DNA of 61,610 bases, counting the filler, from Candidatus Tectimicrobiota bacterium (lineage in GTDB: Bacteria; JACPSX01): the NCBI GenBank assembly GCA_016193065.1. It is 5 parts of 5 records of this genome, joined end to end, with 100 filler letters (N's around TTAATTAATTAA, not from the genome) between each part and the next. Parts side by side here need not be neighbours in the genome. Positions count along the whole stretch, not along the records: positions 37,270 to 47,336 come from JACPSX010000124.1; positions 47,437 to 57,976 come from JACPSX010000125.1; 3 more parts are not named here. The stretch is one strand, 5' to 3'. The stretch's first letter is position 1. Every line of letters starts with the position of its first letter. Made by a program: the position numbers and the translations under genes. Positions 46,156 through 56,015 of the stretch are shown here, piece after piece. The notes under the pieces are model-generated. The model was not told the origin of the DNA. It worked only from the letters and a program-made list of their open reading frames with translations, and made no database searches.

Positions 46156-46376
46156 CGCAGCACCGGGGGCAGCGTGCCGGATGCGAACGAGTATCGCAAC
46201 AGCTCGCGTCTGAGCTCAGAGTCGGACCACTCCGGGTGTTGGCGGCGAAGGCGAACCAGAGACATCTCACGGGCAACCAGGCTCATTTCCACAGCGATCC
46301 GCAGACGTGCGCTTCCGGTCAAGCCTCCGTGGATCCTGGTCTGGAGCGCGGCCGCTGCCGGGCTGGTGTCTGTCAT
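46152..46376 (-). CDS. Small protein coupled to the NTase (putative antitoxin)
   Basis: MTDTSPAAAALQ...RLRRQHPEWSDSELRRELLR; 4-nt GTGA overlap with the NTase start. Confidence 0.7.
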   Translation of the reverse strand: MTDTSPAAAALQTRIHGGLTGSARLRIAVEMSLVAREMSLVRLRRQHPEWSDSELRRELLRYSFASGTLPPVLR

Positions 46377-46499
46377 GGTTATTCCTCACGCGGCACGTTT
46401 TCGTGCGTCCGCTCCACAGCAATATTAGCCCGCAGTATATCCAGGCGAACCCAAAAACTCCATCGGAAACGTGATTTTGATGCTTCGGCAAGCCTGGGT

Positions 46500-46676
46500 G
46501 ACCGTTCGCCTGGTTTTGACAAACTCTCCACAGGCTTCGACGCGCTTAGGATGAGCAGGAGAATTCCCTTCGCCCTTCGACAGGCTCAGGACGAGCGGCG
46601 GAGATGAGACCGACTCAACGCTCCCCTCACCTTTCTCCTCTCCCCCAAATCGGGGGAGAGGATAGGGAGAGGAGGA
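46500..46676. repeat. Cluster of REP-like palindromes
   Basis: cttcgacgcgcttaggatgagc, cccttcgacaggctcaggacgagcgg and cccctcacc...tcctctccccc-aaatc-gggggagagga... Confidence 0.7.
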
Positions 46677-46701
46677 AGCACACGATAGGATGCGGTTCCC
46701 G

Positions 46702-47336
46702 TCAGCCCTTGTAGGGGACGAATTTGCCGCCCTTGATCGTGCGGACGGTCATGGGCTTGATGGAATCCCCGTTGGGCAGGAAGGTGGTCTTCCCGGTCAC
46801 GCCCGGAAAATCCTTGATCGTCAGGAGCACGCTGCGCATCTTCTCGGCGTCGTAGCCCCCCTTCTCGATGGCCAGGGCCAGAATCTTCACCGCATCGTGG
46901 AAGCTCCCCGCGAAGTTATCCGGGATCTTGCCGGCCTTTTCCTTGTACTTCTTTACGAAGTTCGCCACCAGAGGGTCCTTGCTGTCCGGATCGAAGGCCG
47001 GAATTGCGTAGATGATCCCTTCGGCAGCCTTGCCTGCCACATCGATGAGCTCGGCCGCTTCCGTGGCCGAATTACTCAGGATCTGGGCTTTGATCCCCAG
47101 TTCGGCCGATTGCTTGACGACCTGGGCCAGAGCCTTAGTCCCGGTCCCCAGGATCGCCAGGATCTCGGGTCTGGCCGCCCTCACCTTGGTGAGCTGGGAG
47201 CGAAAATCGGTCCCCGCATTCTCGTAGGCGTCAACTACTATAATCTCTCCCCCGAGCTCTTTGGTCTTCCTCTCCATGGTCTCCTTGTAGTACCGCCCCA
47301 CCTCATCGTTCACATGGAGAACTGCGATCTTCTTCT
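46702..47336 (-). CDS. LivK-type ABC substrate-binding protein, C-terminal part
   Basis: TDFRSQLTKVRAARPE, AGKAAEGIIY, FPGVTGKTTF. Confidence 0.9.
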
Positions 47337-47436
47337 NNNNNNNNNNNNNNNNNNNNNNNNNNNNNNNNNNNNNNNNNNNNTTAATTAATTAANNNNNNNN
47401 NNNNNNNNNNNNNNNNNNNNNNNNNNNNNNNNNNNN
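47337..47436. other. Artificial contig spacer
   Basis: N-run + TTAATTAATTAA + N-run. Confidence 0.98.
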
Positions 47437-47640
47437 GTGGCCGTCGAGCTGGCGGGAGCCAAGAGAGGCCTCGGCGCGTCCCTGTGGCACTCGTGGCAGA
47501 TCCTGCGGATCGAGGACATGTACGTCGGGTTGGTACTCATCGCAATCCTCGGGGTCTTGGTGACCTACGGTCTGGAAGCGCTCGCCGGCCGGCTGATGCC
47601 GTGGCAGGTGGATCTGTTGCGGTTGAAGGGGCAGCGCTGA
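47437..47640 (+). CDS. TauC/SsuC-type ABC permease, C-terminal part
   Basis: VELAGAKRGLG...MYVGLVLIAILG...RLMPWQ. Confidence 0.85.
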   Translation: MAVELAGAKRGLGASLWHSWQILRIEDMYVGLVLIAILGVLVTYGLEALAGRLMPWQVDLLRLKGQR

Positions 47641-48416
47641 TGGACAAGCGCGCAGTTCCCCTGGGTAGCGTCGTTTCCCCCGTGGTGGTGGCCTTTCTCT
47701 GGGAGGGAGCCGTGGCGGCGGGACTTCTTCGGCCTGCTTATCTCCCGCCCCCCAGTCGCCTGGTGCCCCACCTGGTGAGGCTCCTGGCGGGCGGGGATCT
47801 GTGGAGCCACATGGCGGTGACGATGGAAAGGCTGGGCATGAGCTTTGCGCTTGCCGTCCTACCGGCCGTGGCCCTCGGGCTGTGTCTGGGCATGTGGCGC
47901 GGCCTGCGCCTGGCCCTGGAGCCGATCCTCACGTCCCTTTACGCCATCCCGAAAATCGCCCTGTTGCCGCTGATCATGCTGGTGCTGGGCGTGGGCGAGC
48001 GCGCGCTGATCTTCACCGCCACCCTCACCGGATTCCTGCAGATGACCGTGAGCACCATGGGCGGGGTGCTGGGGGTGGAGCGCACGGTGCTCGAGGCGGG
48101 GCGGAACTACGGCGCCACAGGGTGGCGTTTGTTCCGCTACGTCCTGTTGCCCTCCGCCCTGCCGGAAATCTTCACGGGGATGAGGATCGGCCTGGGGCTC
48201 ACCCTTGTGCTCGTGATTGCCGTGGAGCTCACCGCGGCTCAGGTGGGGCTGGGGGCCTTCCTGTGGACCGCGGGGCAGACCCTTTCGGTGCAAAATCTCT
48301 TCGCCGGATTTGTGGTCATCGGGGCTCTGGGGCTGATCTTGACCTACGGTCTCGAGCGCCTGGGGGACCGGCTGATGCCGTGGCGAGAGAGGGGAAGGGA
48401 CGGTTTCTTTGTATGA
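47640..48416 (+). CDS. TauC/SsuC-type ABC permease
   Basis: YLPPPS, YAIPKIALLP, LPSALPEIFTGMRIG. Confidence 0.92.
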   Translation: MDKRAVPLGSVVSPVVVAFLWEGAVAAGLLRPAYLPPPSRLVPHLVRLLAGGDLWSHMAVTMERLGMSFALAVLPAVALGLCLGMWRGLRLALEPILTSLYAIPKIALLPLIMLVLGVGERALIFTATLTGFLQMTVSTMGGVLGVERTVLEAGRNYGATGWRLFRYVLLPSALPEIFTGMRIGLGLTLVLVIAVELTAAQVGLGAFLWTAGQTLSVQNLFAGFVVIGALGLILTYGLERLGDRLMPWRERGRDGFFV

Positions 48417-48440
48417 CCTTTGCTTGAAGGAGGGAGAGCG

Positions 48441-49448
48441 ATGAGACGTTCTGCGGAGTGGCGAAGCATGACGATGTTTCTGTCGGCGGCACTGGTGCTG
48501 GCGCTGGTGATCCCGGCGTCGGCTCAAACGGCAAAGATCGGGGCCATCCGATCGGACTCCTTCGCGCCGCTCTTTGTGGGCCACGAACGCGGATACTTCC
48601 GGGCCCAGGGGATTGCGACCGAAGTGGTGCTCCTGCCGAGCGGAGCGGCCATCCTCACTCAGGTTTCCACCAACGACCTGCAGGTGGGCGGCGGGGCCCT
48701 GGGCGCCGCGGGGTTCAACGCGGCTCACGGCAAGCTCCCCGTGGCCTTCGTGGCTCCGATGCACTTTACCCACCTGGAGGACTATTTCGTGGTGCGCAAG
48801 GCGGAGATCGACTCCGGCCGCTTCAAGACCCTGGCGGACTTGAAAGGGAAACCCTGCGCCGTAAACGCCAAGGGAGTGGCCACCGAATGGATGCTGGACG
48901 AGATGCTGCGCCGGGGAGGCCTCGGGATCGGCAACGTGGACGTGAAGACCCTCCCGTTCCCCGAAATGACCGCCGCCCTGGAGAACGGCGCCATCCATTG
49001 CGGCATCGTCAGCGAGCCGTTCACGATTCTGGCTGAAGAGAAAGGCGTGGGGATACGGCCGTTCCAGGCCAAGGCGGGGGCCAGGCCGGTGCCCATCACC
49101 GTCCTGTTCTGGAACAGTGACTGGGCAAAGAAGAACGACCCAGCCGCCAGAGGGTTCATGACCGGCTATTTGCGGGCGGTGCGGGACTTGAGCGAGCCGG
49201 GCGCCTGGCGCGCGCCAGCTCACCTGGATATTTTGAACAAATACACCCGCGTTGCGCAAAACGTCCTGATGAAAGCCCGACCTCCCTTCTTCAGCCCGAA
49301 CCTGGAGCTGGAGGAAAAAACCATGATGGCGCAACAGGAGTTCAACCTGCGCCTGGGCTACCTGAAGTACACGGAGTTGAAACCGATCAAAGAATTGGTC
49401 GATCTCTCGTACGCCGAATGGGCCGTCAAGCAGATGGGCCGGAAATGA
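48441..49448 (+). CDS. TauA/NMT1-type ABC substrate-binding protein
   Basis: Signal peptide, FVGHERGYF, LADLKGK, EPF. Confidence 0.88.
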   Translation: MRRSAEWRSMTMFLSAALVLALVIPASAQTAKIGAIRSDSFAPLFVGHERGYFRAQGIATEVVLLPSGAAILTQVSTNDLQVGGGALGAAGFNAAHGKLPVAFVAPMHFTHLEDYFVVRKAEIDSGRFKTLADLKGKPCAVNAKGVATEWMLDEMLRRGGLGIGNVDVKTLPFPEMTAALENGAIHCGIVSEPFTILAEEKGVGIRPFQAKAGARPVPITVLFWNSDWAKKNDPAARGFMTGYLRAVRDLSEPGAWRAPAHLDILNKYTRVAQNVLMKARPPFFSPNLELEEKTMMAQQEFNLRLGYLKYTELKPIKELVDLSYAEWAVKQMGRK

Positions 49449-49516
49449 ACAGCGGCGCGAGAGTCTTTTGGACTTCGCGCCTCATGAAGGGAGAGGAGAG
49501 CAGTCAGGGGAAGGCG

Positions 49517-52500
49517 ATGAGCGGGCAGGAAACAAAGAACATCTCCCTAGAGGATCGGTACCTGCGCGAAGACGGGACCGTCTACCTCAGTGGATTACAG
49601 GCCCTGGTGCGGCTGCCGATGGATCAGAACCGCCGGGACCGCCGGGCGGGCCTGCGCATCGGAACCTTTATCAGCGGTTACCCGGGGTCGCCGCTGGGGG
49701 GCTACGACCTGGCCTTAAGACAGGCCCGTCCGCTGCTCGAGCGATACAGCATCGTCCATGTGCCCGGCGCGAACGAGGAGCTTGCCGCCTCCGCTATCAG
49801 TGGCACCCAGATGCTGGACAATTACCCCCACTCGCGCTTCGACGGCGTGGTCGCGCTCTGGTATGGCAAGGGGCCCGGCGTGGACCGCAGCGGCGACGCG
49901 TTAAAGCATGGCAACTTCGCGGGTACCAGCCGGCATGGCGCCGTCGTCCTGCTGAGCGGCGAAGATCACGAAGCCAAGAGCTCGACCATGCCTTACCAGG
50001 ACGACTACGCCTTTCTGAGCGCCGGCGTCCCCATCGTGTACCCGGCTTCCCCGGCTGAGTTCCTCGAGCTGGGGCTGCATGCCATCGCGCTGTCCCGCTA
50101 CAGCGGATGCTGGGTGGCTCTCAAGCTGGTCGGGCCGCTGGCAGACGGCGGAGAGACCGTGAACGTCAGCCCCGATCGGCCGCCGGTCGTCATTCCCGAG
50201 CTGCAGTTCGGCAACCGACCTTTTCAGAAGACGACCGATTTCACCTTCTTCCCCGGCACGAACATCGAAACGGAGCGGCGGATCTACTACGAGCGCCATC
50301 AAGCGGCGCTCGCGTATGCGCGCGCCAACGGGCTCAACCGGGTGTTCCTGCAGTCCTCCCGGGACCGTCTGGGCATCATCATGTCCGGCAAGAGCTTCGC
50401 GGATACGCGCCAGGCGCTCCTCGACATGGGAGTCGACGACGAAACCTTGCAGCGCTTCGGCGTGCGGCTGCTCCGGGTGGGTCTGATCTATCCCCTCGAC
50501 GCCGACGCCATTCGTGACTTCGCCCTCGACCTCGCGGAGATCATCGTCATCGAGGAAAAACGGGGTTTTCTGGAAGCCCAGGTGAAAGAAGCGCTGTGCG
50601 GCTTCCCGCACCCGGTCCGGGTGGTCGGGAAGTTTGACGAGACGGGCGCCCCCTTCTTCCCCATCCAGGGCGGCTTGGACAGCGATCTCATCGCTGAACG
50701 CTTGGGGCCTCGGCTCCTCCAATACCCCGGCTCCCACCCCGGGATCCTTGGGCGCTTGTCCGAGCTGCGCAACGTCCGCTCCCGCCAGTACGACGCACTC
50801 CCCACGCGCACGCCGAACTACTGCTCGGGCTGCCCGCACAACCTTTCCACCCGCCTGCTGGCGGGACAGGTGGCCTGGGGCAGCCCCGGCTGCCACTCTT
50901 TCGCCTCCATCATCGAGCAACCGCACCGGCATATCGTCTCGATGACCCAGCTCGGGGGAGAGGGGCTCCCCTGGATCGGGCTGGCTCCGTTCACCGATCG
51001 TCCTCACATCGTGCAGAACGTGGGAGACGGTTCCCTCTTCCACTCCAGTTACCTGAACCTCCGCTTCTGCGTGGCGGCCGGAGTGAACATCACGTTCAAG
51101 GTTCTCTACAACGGCTACGTGGCCAACACCGGAGCGCAAGATCCCGTGGGCGGAAAGCCACTCCCCGAACTGACCCGCCTTCTGGAATTGGAGGGGGTGC
51201 GACGGATCGCCGTAGTGACCAAGAGCCCCAAAGCGTATCGAAACGCCGGCCTTGCCTCCTGCGCTCGCGTCTATCCCCTGGAGCAACACGAACAGGCTCT
51301 GAAAGACCTGGAGCGGGAGCCCGGCGTCACCGTCTACATCTACGACGGCATGTGCGCCAACGAGCGGCGCCGGCGCCAGAAACGGGGCACGCTGCCGGTC
51401 GCCAACAAGTTCGTGGTGATCCACCCGGAGGTCTGCGAGAACTGCGGGGACTGCGGGGCCCTCACGAACTGCATGTCCCTCCAGAAGGTGGAGACGGAGT
51501 TTGGCGAGAAAACTCAGGTACACGCCTCCTCCTGTAACCAGGATTACTCCTGCGTGGCCGGAGACTGCCCGTCTTTCGTCACCGTTCTGACCAAGGAAGG
51601 GACCGGGTACCGCAGGCCCGCGCCACCGGTCCTGGAGGGGGGAGTCGTTCCCGAGCCCGAGCGTAAGGTGAATCCGCACAGGCCCTATCACGTTTACAGC
51701 CCCGGAGCCGGCGGGACCGGGGTCATTACCATCAATGCGCTGCTCTGTTATGCCGCGCTGATCGAAGGCAAGCGCGTTCTCAGCTACGATCAGACCGGGG
51801 CGGCCCAGAAATGGGGGCCTGTCCTCTCCAGCCTGATCATTGCCGGCGACGGCCAGCCCCTGGCCGCCAATAAGGTCGGCATCGGCAAGGCGGACCTCTA
51901 CCTGGTCTTCGATCCCGTCGCGGCCACGAATCGGGCCAACCTCGACCGTTGCGATCCGGACCGAACGACCGCCGTCATCAACACCACGCTCCTGCTCACG
52001 GGTGAGATGATTCGCAACGTCTTCCTGACGCCGCCCACGGGCGCCATACTGGAGACCCTCGCCCGGTATACACGATCCGGGCAAAACGTCTGCGCTGAAG
52101 CCCGCCGTCTGGCCGAAGCCCTTTTCGGCGACTACCTGATGACGAACATCTTCCTGGTCGGGGTGGCCTACCAGAGCGGGCTGCTCCCGCTGGCAGCCGG
52201 GAGCATTGAGGCTGCCATCCACCTCAACGGCGTCCAGGTGGAGCAAAACGTCCAGGCGTTCCGCTACGGCCGCCTCCAGGTTGCGGATCCGGGCCGCTTG
52301 CGGGAGCTGGTGGAGTCCCCCCGGCCGGGTTTCGAGGAAGAAAAAGCCGGCGCACTCTCCCGTTTGTCGGCCGCGGATGCTCGAGCCTACGGGTCGATGC
52401 TGGAGCCTAGCTCTCACCTGGACGGAGAAGCGCGCCGTATGCTGGCGATCCGCATTGCCGAGCTCATCGACTACCAGGACGCAAAGTACGCCGGGGATTA

Positions 52501-53077
52501 TCTGGACTTCGTCTTGCAGGTAGCGAAAGCCGAGCGGACCTGGAATCCGAGCAGCTCCAAGATCACTCACCTGGTGATTCGCCATCTCTATAAACTCATG
52601 GCCTATAAAGACGAATACGAGGTGGCGCGCCTCCACCTCAAGCCCGCTTTCCGGAACCAAACGCGGAGCCTTTTTGTCGAGCCGCGCCGCCTGATTTACA
52701 ACTTCCATCCGCCGCTGCTCCGTGCCCTGGGACTGAAGCGCAAGCTGGCTCTCGGACCCTGGTTCACCCCTGCCCTCCGCGTGCTGCGCGCCCTGCGCCG
52801 GCTGCGGGGAACACGCTGGGACCTCTTCGGCTACGCGGCCGTACGTCGGGAGGAACGACGTCTGATCCCATGGTACCGGGAGACGATGGAAGCCGCCCTG
52901 GCCCACCTCCGGGAGGACACGTACCCCCTGGTCGTCGAGATTGCCCGCCTGCCCGACGGGATCCGCGGCTACGAGACGATCAAGAGGACGAACGCGGCGG
53001 CCGCCCGGAGCCGGGCCGCAAGCCTGATGGAGCAACTGGTCGAATCCCGGGTTCCCGCCGGGGCCGGATCCCGGTGA
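49517..53077 (+). CDS. Fused indolepyruvate:ferredoxin oxidoreductase-family protein
   Basis: ISGYPGSPLGG, WYGKGPGVDRSGD, YCSGCPHN, VCENCGDC, LYKLMAYKDEYEVARL. Confidence 0.93.
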   Translation: MSGQETKNISLEDRYLREDGTVYLSGLQALVRLPMDQNRRDRRAGLRIGTFISGYPGSPLGGYDLALRQARPLLERYSIVHVPGANEELAASAISGTQMLDNYPHSRFDGVVALWYGKGPGVDRSGDALKHGNFAGTSRHGAVVLLSGEDHEAKSSTMPYQDDYAFLSAGVPIVYPASPAEFLELGLHAIALSRYSGCWVALKLVGPLADGGETVNVSPDRPPVVIPELQFGNRPFQKTTDFTFFPGTNIETERRIYYERHQAALAYARANGLNRVFLQSSRDRLGIIMSGKSFADTRQALLDMGVDDETLQRFGVRLLRVGLIYPLDADAIRDFALDLAEIIVIEEKRGFLEAQVKEALCGFPHPVRVVGKFDETGAPFFPIQGGLDSDLIAERLGPRLLQYPGSHPGILGRLSELRNVRSRQYDALPTRTPNYCSGCPHNLSTRLLAGQVAWGSPGCHSFASIIEQPHRHIVSMTQLGGEGLPWIGLAPFTDRPHIVQNVGDGSLFHSSYLNLRFCVAAGVNITFKVLYNGYVANTGAQDPVGGKPLPELTRLLELEGVRRIAVVTKSPKAYRNAGLASCARVYPLEQHEQALKDLEREPGVTVYIYDGMCANERRRRQKRGTLPVANKFVVIHPEVCENCGDCGALTNCMSLQKVETEFGEKTQVHASSCNQDYSCVAGDCPSFVTVLTKEGTGYRRPAPPVLEGGVVPEPERKVNPHRPYHVYSPGAGGTGVITINALLCYAALIEGKRVLSYDQTGAAQKWGPVLSSLIIAGDGQPLAANKVGIGKADLYLVFDPVAATNRANLDRCDPDRTTAVINTTLLLTGEMIRNVFLTPPTGAILETLARYTRSGQNVCAEARRLAEALFGDYLMTNIFLVGVAYQSGLLPLAAGSIEAAIHLNGVQVEQNVQAFRYGRLQVADPGRLRELVESPRPGFEEEKAGALSRLSAADARAYGSMLEPSSHLDGEARRMLAIRIAELIDYQDAKYAGDYLDFVLQVAKAERTWNPSSSKITHLVIRHLYKLMAYKDEYEVARLHLKPAFRNQTRSLFVEPRRLIYNFHPPLLRALGLKRKLALGPWFTPALRVLRALRRLRGTRWDLFGYAAVRREERRLIPWYRETMEAALAHLREDTYPLVVEIARLPDGIRGYETIKRTNAAAARSRAASLMEQLVESRVPAGAGSR

Positions 53078-53125
53078 CACCGTGTGGGTCCCAATGCCAC
53101 ATCTCCGCCGGGGTCATTCGGCGAA

Positions 53126-53263
53126 GGCCCGGGGGTGGCGCCGGGGAAGCCTCCGCAGAGCCGCGCGAAAGTGGGATCCTCGTCAGGGTGACGGAGCGCG
53201 GATCGAGGAGGCGACCCGGGTACCCGCCTGGCGGGTGTCAGGACCCGCGGGCCAACGGCGCGC
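53126..53263. repeat. ~120-nt stem-loop repeat, copy 2, carrying a 21-nt element at 53217-53237
   Basis: Aligns to 19663-19785 apart from the extra cgggtacccgcctggcgggtg segment. Confidence 0.85.
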
Positions 53264-53323
53264 ATCAACCCGGTCTGTTTTCTTCGGATTCGTGTGGGTT
53301 TTCCTCTGGAGAAGGAGCGCTGC

Positions 53324-53785
53324 ATGCCTCTGCACGTAAAGAGCAAAGATGTTCCCGAGAAGAAAGTCGTGTTGAAGAACGACGAGGGCCAGGGGTTCAT
53401 GATCACCCGGCAGGCGTACGGGAACGAATCCAGCCTCATGGTGGCCGTCAGGCCCCCCGGTTACCACACCAAGCCTCACGTCCACATCTCGGAGCAGATC
53501 AACCACGTTCTCGAAGGGGAAATCTGGTTCTTCGTCGAGGACAAGGGGTTCCATTGCAAGAAGGGGGATTTCCACCGGATCCCCGCTAACAAGGTCCACT
53601 GGGCCTGGAACCGTTCGAATGCGGAGGCGGTTGTGGTCGAATCCCACGCGCCGCCCTTGCTCGGCACGGAAGCCCTGGAAGCAGCGGCAGCTCTCTTTGC
53701 TGAGGGCGAGTCCCCTCAACTCAGGGGCCCTGGAGAAAATAAGTTTGTACCCTACGATTCTGAAGAGGTGGAGAAGAAGTACTAA
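53324..53785 (+). CDS. Cupin-domain protein
   Basis: PHVHISEQINHVLEG, GDFHRIPANKVHWA. Confidence 0.9.
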   Translation: MPLHVKSKDVPEKKVVLKNDEGQGFMITRQAYGNESSLMVAVRPPGYHTKPHVHISEQINHVLEGEIWFFVEDKGFHCKKGDFHRIPANKVHWAWNRSNAEAVVVESHAPPLLGTEALEAAAALFAEGESPQLRGPGENKFVPYDSEEVEKKY

Positions 53786-53811
53786 CCGGCTGCGCGAGCC
53801 AGGAAGAGGAA

Positions 53812-54813
53812 ATGACAATGAGGATAAAATTACTGGCCATCGTGTCTCTGATTTTGACCTTGGCCCCGGCACTCGCAGCCGGGCCGGCCTTCCCTCAGGA
53901 AACGAAACCCCTGCGCTACGGCACGACGATCAGCGTCCTCAACATGCCGATCTGGGTAGCTCGGGAAAGCAAGCTGTTCACCAAATTCGGTCAGGACATG
54001 GAAGTGGTCCTGATCCAGGGCGGCGCCCTGATCACCATGGGGATTTTGAGCGGGGAGCTGCAGTTCTCCGGAGCCGGAGCCGAGTCGGTCGTGGCCGCCC
54101 GGATCAAGGGGGGAGATATCGAACTTCTGGCCTGTCCGGCAGACTCCGATGTCGTCTATCTAATCACACGGCCCGAGATCAAGACCCCCGCCGAGTTGAA
54201 AGGGAAGACGAGTGCAGTAACCCGTCTGGGTTCGTCGACCCATTTCTACTTGCGATCAGCGCTGAGATATATCGGGCTTAACCCGGATAAAGACGTGACG
54301 ATCCTGCAACTGGGGACGGAGTTCGGGGCGGGATTGGCGAGCGGGAGAGTCGCATCCGCCGCCCTGTCGTTCGACCAGGCCCTGCCCTACCTGCAGAAGG
54401 GGTACCCGGTGCTGCTCGACTTGACCAAGACGGATTTTATCTATCCCGCCTCCTGCGTGGTCAGCAGCAGCGCCTTTGTCAAGGCAAACCCCGACCGGGT
54501 GGAGAATTTTCTCAAGGCCTATGTCTCTGCAATCAATCTCATCAAGAAGGACCACTCCGCCGCCGAGAGGGCCATGACCAAGATGCTCCGGGTAAAGGAT
54601 CCGGAAGTGGCCCGAAAGACCGTGGACACCTATGCGAGTCTCTTCAAGTCCGTTCCCCTGGTTCCGGACAAAGGGCTCGAGGCGGTCCTGGCGGAGCTTG
54701 CGGAGAGAAGCCCCGTGCCCAAAGAGTTCATGGGTCGGTTCGACTATTTCCGGGACAACGGGCCGTTGGAAAAGCTGGTCAAAGAAGGGTGGATCGACCG
54801 ATTGTACAAGTGA
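53812..54813 (+). CDS. TauA/NMT1-type ABC substrate-binding protein
   Basis: Signal peptide, PIWVARE, ELKGK, TRLGSSTH. Confidence 0.87.
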   Translation: MTMRIKLLAIVSLILTLAPALAAGPAFPQETKPLRYGTTISVLNMPIWVARESKLFTKFGQDMEVVLIQGGALITMGILSGELQFSGAGAESVVAARIKGGDIELLACPADSDVVYLITRPEIKTPAELKGKTSAVTRLGSSTHFYLRSALRYIGLNPDKDVTILQLGTEFGAGLASGRVASAALSFDQALPYLQKGYPVLLDLTKTDFIYPASCVVSSSAFVKANPDRVENFLKAYVSAINLIKKDHSAAERAMTKMLRVKDPEVARKTVDTYASLFKSVPLVPDKGLEAVLAELAERSPVPKEFMGRFDYFRDNGPLEKLVKEGWIDRLYK

Positions 54814-55542
54814 GGCGATCGTGCTGGCTCATGAAATGGATTACGAGATGACCCAGACCTCGCCGTCGGTCGTCGCCGCCAGCACAACGGGCTTCGGCTC
54901 CTCCATGATGGCCTACAGCGCCGGGCTGCTGGCGCACTTCATCCGCGGGCTGGGCTACAAGGCCGTCCCATGCGGCAACGACACAGCGCTCAGCATCCCC
55001 CTGGCGGTCGATGCCGGTCTCGGGGAGCTGGGGCCCTTCCGCTGGCCCACGACAAGCCCGTCGATCTGGGCGTGCAAGCCTTCTGTGAGACATGCAAGAA
55101 GTGCGCGGTGACTTGTTCCGCTCAAGCCATCCTCCCAGGCAACCGCACCAGCCAGCGTGTGGGCATCTCGAACAATGCCGGCCTGGCCAAGTGGCCGATC
55201 GACGCCGAGAAGTGCTTTCGCTTCTGGGCCCAAAACGGCGCCTCCTGCATGACCTGCATCCGCACTTGCCCTTTCAACAAGGGGCCCGGTACCATTCACG
55301 ACATGACGGGCTGGATCATTCGCAGGACCCCGCGGTTCAACAAGGTTTTCCTGTGGATGGATGATCTGTTCGGCTTCGGAAAGAGGACCAGCGCCGCAAG
55401 ATACTGGCTGGAGAACTCATCGAGGAATGGGCCCGGCAGGATCCGGACCCCGTCCCACGAGCACCCGCAAAGTCTCCCACCCGACAAAAAGCCTCCCTCC
55501 CCCAAACCCAGGATGAACACCGGCCGGCGGCAAACGCCGTAG
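54814..55542 (+). pseudogene. Reductive dehalogenase/QueG-like 2x[4Fe-4S] protein remnant
   Basis: FIRGLGYKAVPCGNDTALSIPLAVDAGLGELG, a frame change, then LPLAHDKPVDLGVQAFCETCKKCAVTC and CFRFW...CMTCIRTCPF; no N-terminus. Confidence 0.8.
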
Positions 55543-56015
55543 AGGAGGTAAGGCGCCCTTTCCTGCTCCAGCTCCCGGGGACGATCCGGCGAAGAGACTG
55601 CCCTGCAGCATCTCTGCTCTTTTCGCGCCCGGGAAATACCCCTCAGCAGTCCGTCTCCCGGCTCGGAAAGCAAGGTCCCCGGCGCCAGGAAGAATCCCGG
55701 CAGGAAAGGGTAAAAAGTCCAATTTTGCAGCATAGGAGCACTCCCTAAGGCGCGAAAATTCCTTAATAGCAACGACGGAATGCACGATGAATATCTGTGG
55801 CGATTGTTTCTAGCCTCTATGAAAGAAAGGGAGTTAAGCTGCCGATGGAACCAGCTAAGGCACAGGGTCTCGCTTTTCCAGTCGGTGGACTCAATTCAGG
55901 AGGACAGACTCCCGTAACATTTCAACCACTTCCGGAGACCGGGCGATGGTCGATTGTAGCCCAAGATCATGAGCAATAAAGGGCCTTCCTCATCGACAGA
56001 AAGTGACGGGCACTT

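Noticed and set aside
49901-53080. 1059-aa antisense ORF, and similar long ORFs such as 6910..8346 and 32920..34194
   Set aside because: Shadow ORFs opposite real genes in high-GC DNA, with no recognisable motifs.
54399-54410. ggggtacccgg in the binding-protein gene
   Set aside because: Only the core palindrome is present, without the hairpin arm; ordinary KGYP codons explain it.
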